From NCBI GenBank assembly GCA_964036045.1, contig OZ038379.1, positions 27,032,001 through 27,096,000 on the forward strand: 64,000 nt of DNA. Reading direction: 5' to 3'. Source of the DNA: Eutreptiella sp. 'Long Island Sound 2002'. Its lineage: Eukaryota; Protista; Euglenida. The translations under genes and the position numbers were made by a program. Shown piece by piece: positions 60,883 through 64,000 of the stretch (position 1 is the stretch's first letter; every line of letters starts with the position of its first letter). A model generated the notes under the pieces. That model ran no database searches. It was not told the origin of the DNA and worked only from the letters and a program-made list of their open reading frames with translations.

Positions 60883-61158
60883 ATGCTCCCTGAATTTCCT
60901 TTCGCTGCGCGAATCTCTGAATATGTGTGTGACCTGGAGTATCCGTTCTCCAGGATGAACGTGGGTTCCTATGGACCCACTGAACCCCACCTGTGGCTTG
61001 TGGGTAAAATTCCCCTACGTACGTGGGAAGATTGCAGGTCTACTTCCGAGAGGAAGCGGCGTACACATACGTACGATGACCTGGTGGACCTGCTCATTGA
61101 GCTGGCCCTGGAGAGGGAGAACGACTCCCATATGGAAAAAATCCTCGAGAGGCACCTG
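60883..61158 (+). pseudogene. Gag-like ORF, 5' part, interrupted by the Harbinger insertion
   Basis: Reads ...THTYDDLVDLLIELALERENDSHMEKILERHL. Removing 61159-63803 and one CTG restores the frame into 63807-64000. Gag identity is an inference. Confidence 0.55.
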
Positions 61159-61365
61159 GGGGGAGCCCACCGCCTGCGACCGCCTGTGACCGCCTGCGAC
61201 CCTTGAGAAAATTTTCGTACACGTCTAGCGCTAGCATAACCCATACACTCCCTCCCTCACTCCCTCGGGCTGCCTTCCCTCCCTCTTCCCTCGCTCCCTC
61301 CTTCCCCACAAGGCTGCAACACATGAACCCATTGATGGAAAGACATATCACAAATGTCTCTTGCA

Positions 61366-62520
61366 CTAAACAGTAGCATTGGCAATGGCTTGTTGCCTCC
61401 TTGTCAGCACAAGTGGTTGGAGGCAAGGAGCCTTGGCCCTTCGCCGCTTGGCACGCTCAACGCGCACCTTGTTAGCTTCCACTGGATCTGAGGTATAGTC
61501 ACTATCAACACTTACCTCACCATCCGATACAACAATCTCTGAATCCTGCACATTATTGTTGTGAGGTGCACTTGAGCTAGAGCTTGAACTAGAGCTTGCG
61601 TTGAAGGGGGAAGCCGCGGGCTTAGGTGCCCTTGGTTTCTCCTTAAGGTCTGGGTCGTGGCGCCAAGGACCCACAAGCTCATACTTCTGGAAGCGACGCA
61701 AATAAAATGCTACCAAATTAATAAGCACCTTCATTCGCCGGAACAACTTTTCCATCCCCGCCTCACCATGTCCACGCCAAGGAGCGCGTACAATGGCAAA
61801 AGTCCAAAAAATAGCATACAGCTGCTCCACACGAGAACGGAAGAATGCATGCGTGTCATTGTATATGGATGCTGTGCGACCAAACTCTTTTCCTGCAGGT
61901 TTGCGAGCAGGTGCAACAACATGTGGGCGACCACTATAAGCACCATCCGCCAACCCAAATTCCCACGGCTTCATTTTACCCCAAGGTACAAAGTTGGTGA
62001 ACAAACTGCTGTCTCCTGCCACACCTGGGTCTGGACCACACCAAAATGGGATGCGACCATGAAAAGTGAGACCCACACTCAGCAGCTGCATACTTAGGTT
62101 GGTAGCATGCATCACCGTGGTCACCTTGGAAGCATGCAATTGGGAAGGAATCAAACGTATAAGTGACCCAATGGGGAAAAGCAATGCAATGATTCCAAGG
62201 GTCATATAAATCGGACTCCCGAACGTCATCCATAACGGAACACAGGAAGTTAATATCCTCGTCAACTTCTTTGTGCAACGTAGTTGAAGAACGCTCATCA
62301 TTAAAAACAAAAGAGATGGCCTCCCAAGACCCCAGGTAAGACTCGTTCACAATGGCAGTGGGGAAACCCATTACGGCACGAACACTTTTCTCCCTGCCTC
62401 CACACCGCTTCTTCCACCATTCTAAATCTTCCTCACTTGTCAAAGATGCAAATGGCAAGTCAGACCATTTGACCTCGGTGTTGCGCATCCATTTGCTTGT
62501 AGGAGGCAACTCGGCCCGTG
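61366..62520 (-). pseudogene. Harbinger/IS5-like DDE transposase, frameshifted
   Basis: TYTFDSFPI (D1)...YQPKYA, a frameshift near 62090, then GRIPFWCGPDPGVAGDSSLF, LADGAYSG (D2), APARKP and YNDTHAFFRSRVEQLYA (E). Confidence 0.85.
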
Positions 62521-63404
62521 TCATAGTCACCCTTGGCCTTTGCCTCGTCATCCATCTCCTCATTGGGTAGCGGCTCCTCAACAGGCTTGGGTTTCGGAGC
62601 CACAAAAGAAGACAACGTTGCTTGCCCCTTTTGTTTGGCCGCTTTTTGTAGGGCCTTGCGGGTGCGCTCGTCGCGATCCTTTCGAACATTCAAGATACCT
62701 TGCAACGCTGGTGACCGTGACACTGCCTGTTGTCGTTCATTGAATCCCTCCTCCTCTGGTGCTGGGCGATGACCATGAAAAGAACGCAACACACGACTAA
62801 CGACCAGAGGCACATCGAACTGTGAAGCCACTGGAGGATACCCATTTTGACGCCACGCTTTTACATGAAGGTTATGAAATACTTTTTGGGCTTCACGTGC
62901 ACGACGGACGTCAAAAATCGGAATAGGAACTGGGATGGGTTCAACAGTTGGATTCAATTGCGAGACAATGTAGGCCCACCAATCATCTTCCATTTGCCGG
63001 AAAGTTGGAAGTCTTTCAATCGCCGAAGAAACCCGGATTGCTTCCGTTGAAACACTTTGGGGTTGTGAGGAGGCTAGAGGACTTTGGTCTTGCTTTTGCT
63101 GGTATCGGATGTGTCGCTGTCGGTTGATTTTCTCCTGCTTGTTGTAAATGTGCATCACTTGGTGCCGAAGCCAACCATGAGGGAAAGGCCATTCCAGCTC
63201 CTTGATGAACCGATTTGCTACACTAGCAAAATTTGGTCCTTTAGACCCCATTGTCCCACGAACAAGGTCCGCCACCAATTTCTCCCGCTCCTCCGTGATA
63301 ACGAAGCGGCCCGACTTCAAGATGTCTTGGGCCTCTTGTTCCTCCCTTTTGCGTTTCTCCTTCTCTTTTTGTCTCTTGTGTTCAATACTTTCCTTGGGAG
63401 CCAT
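62460..63404 (-). CDS. Harbinger accessory ORF with Myb/SANT-like N-terminal domain
   Basis: Open for 314 codons from MAPKES. TEEREKLVADLVRG...PNFASVANRF...WLRHQVMHIY fits a three-helix Myb/SANT pattern, with basic NLS-like tracts. A Myb-like partner is established for Harbingers. Confidence 0.65.
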   Translation of the reverse strand: MAPKESIEHKRQKEKEKRKREEQEAQDILKSGRFVITEEREKLVADLVRGTMGSKGPNFASVANRFIKELEWPFPHGWLRHQVMHIYNKQEKINRQRHIRYQQKQDQSPLASSQPQSVSTEAIRVSSAIERLPTFRQMEDDWWAYIVSQLNPTVEPIPVPIPIFDVRRAREAQKVFHNLHVKAWRQNGYPPVASQFDVPLVVSRVLRSFHGHRPAPEEEGFNERQQAVSRSPALQGILNVRKDRDERTRKALQKAAKQKGQATLSSFVAPKPKPVEEPLPNEEMDDEAKAKGDYDTGRVASYKQMDAQHRGQMV

Positions 63405-63806
63405 GGGACAGAAAATTCCTAAATCAAAAAAATTGAAACAAAAAAAAGAAATAAATGGAGAAAAAAGAAATAAATGCACAAAAAAAATGACATTTGGATC
63501 TTCTTCGAAACCTCAAGAAAGCTCAAGAAAACAAAGGGAATTAATCATCACCTTTTTCATAGTCATGATGTCATCTGCCTATGAAACGGTTACTTTCAGG
63601 TAGGAAAACGGTTTTTTCGGTTAAAGATAAAATGGTGCCGAAAGTACTTTCATGTCAAAGAGCACAAGAAAATATGTACGTAGAGAGGTCACAACCCATA
63701 GTCCGCTCATGTAGAGCCCTCAAAAGGGGGTTTTTGGTAAAAAAAAAAAGGCATCTCAAGCGCCTGCGGCCGCCTGCGACCGCCTGCGACCCCTAGCTCC
63801 CCCCTG

Positions 63807-64000
63807 GGTAAAGGTGCCAACCCCACCCCTGATCGTGGTGAGTTGAGAGGGTCCAAAACCCCCACTAACCCCAACAAGGGTGGAGGTAAAGGGGGGGGTA
63901 ACCTACGTGGCATGAATGAGGTGAAACCCGAAGCAGGTGTACCCCACTCTTCTACTGTAAACCTGTCAATGACAAGGGGGGGCCTTGTCATGCCCCTGAC
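63807..64000 (+). pseudogene. Gag-like ORF, 3' continuation
   Basis: GKGANPTPDRGE...KGGGKGGGNLRGMNEV...LFYCKPVNDKGGPCHAPD is open to the window end and in frame with 60883-61158. Confidence 0.55.

Larger units (their letters stand above)
61159..63803 (-). mobile_element. PIF/Harbinger-superfamily DNA transposon, 2645 bp
   Basis: 8-bp TIRs GGGGGAGC / GCTCCCCC and CTG duplicated at 61156-61158 and 63804-63806; the empty site is CACCTGG. Encodes a DDE_Tnp_4-type transposase and a Myb/SANT-like ORF. Confidence 0.9.

Overview
Eukaryotic, repeat-rich genomic DNA with GT-AG introns. It looks protist-like and may be euglenozoan; that is an inference from pyrimidine-tract AG acceptors sitting just upstream of start codons. 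Most short six-frame ORFs are noise. Five host genes are supported, all on the minus strand. (1) A secreted VWA-domain/mucin-like protein, spliced from 15531 downward. (2) An intronless M17 leucyl aminopeptidase (24393-25901/26012). (3) An intronless, very GC-rich gene fusing an N-terminal hydrophobic helix, an M-family globin and an FTCD_C cyclodeaminase/cyclohydrolase domain (31615-32850), followed by a near-identical partial duplicate retaining only the globin. (4) A spliced gene with fascin-like beta-trefoil repeats and a DUF1796 papain-like domain (46.9-38.7 kb). (5) A four-exon type II membrane SAM-dependent methyltransferase (57906-51371). The rest is mobile or repetitive DNA: a LINE RT remnant, two hAT remnants, two Penelope-like RT remnants, and a 2645-bp PIF/Harbinger element with TIRs and a CTG duplication splitting a gag-like ORF. 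There are also several foldback/palindromic elements and a ~720-bp (GTGTT)n-(AACAC)n palindrome flanked by direct repeats. No rRNA, intact tRNA or CRISPR array was found. The globin-cyclodeaminase fusion is the strongest candidate for an undescribed system. Domain calls come from motif recognition by eye, not database searches.
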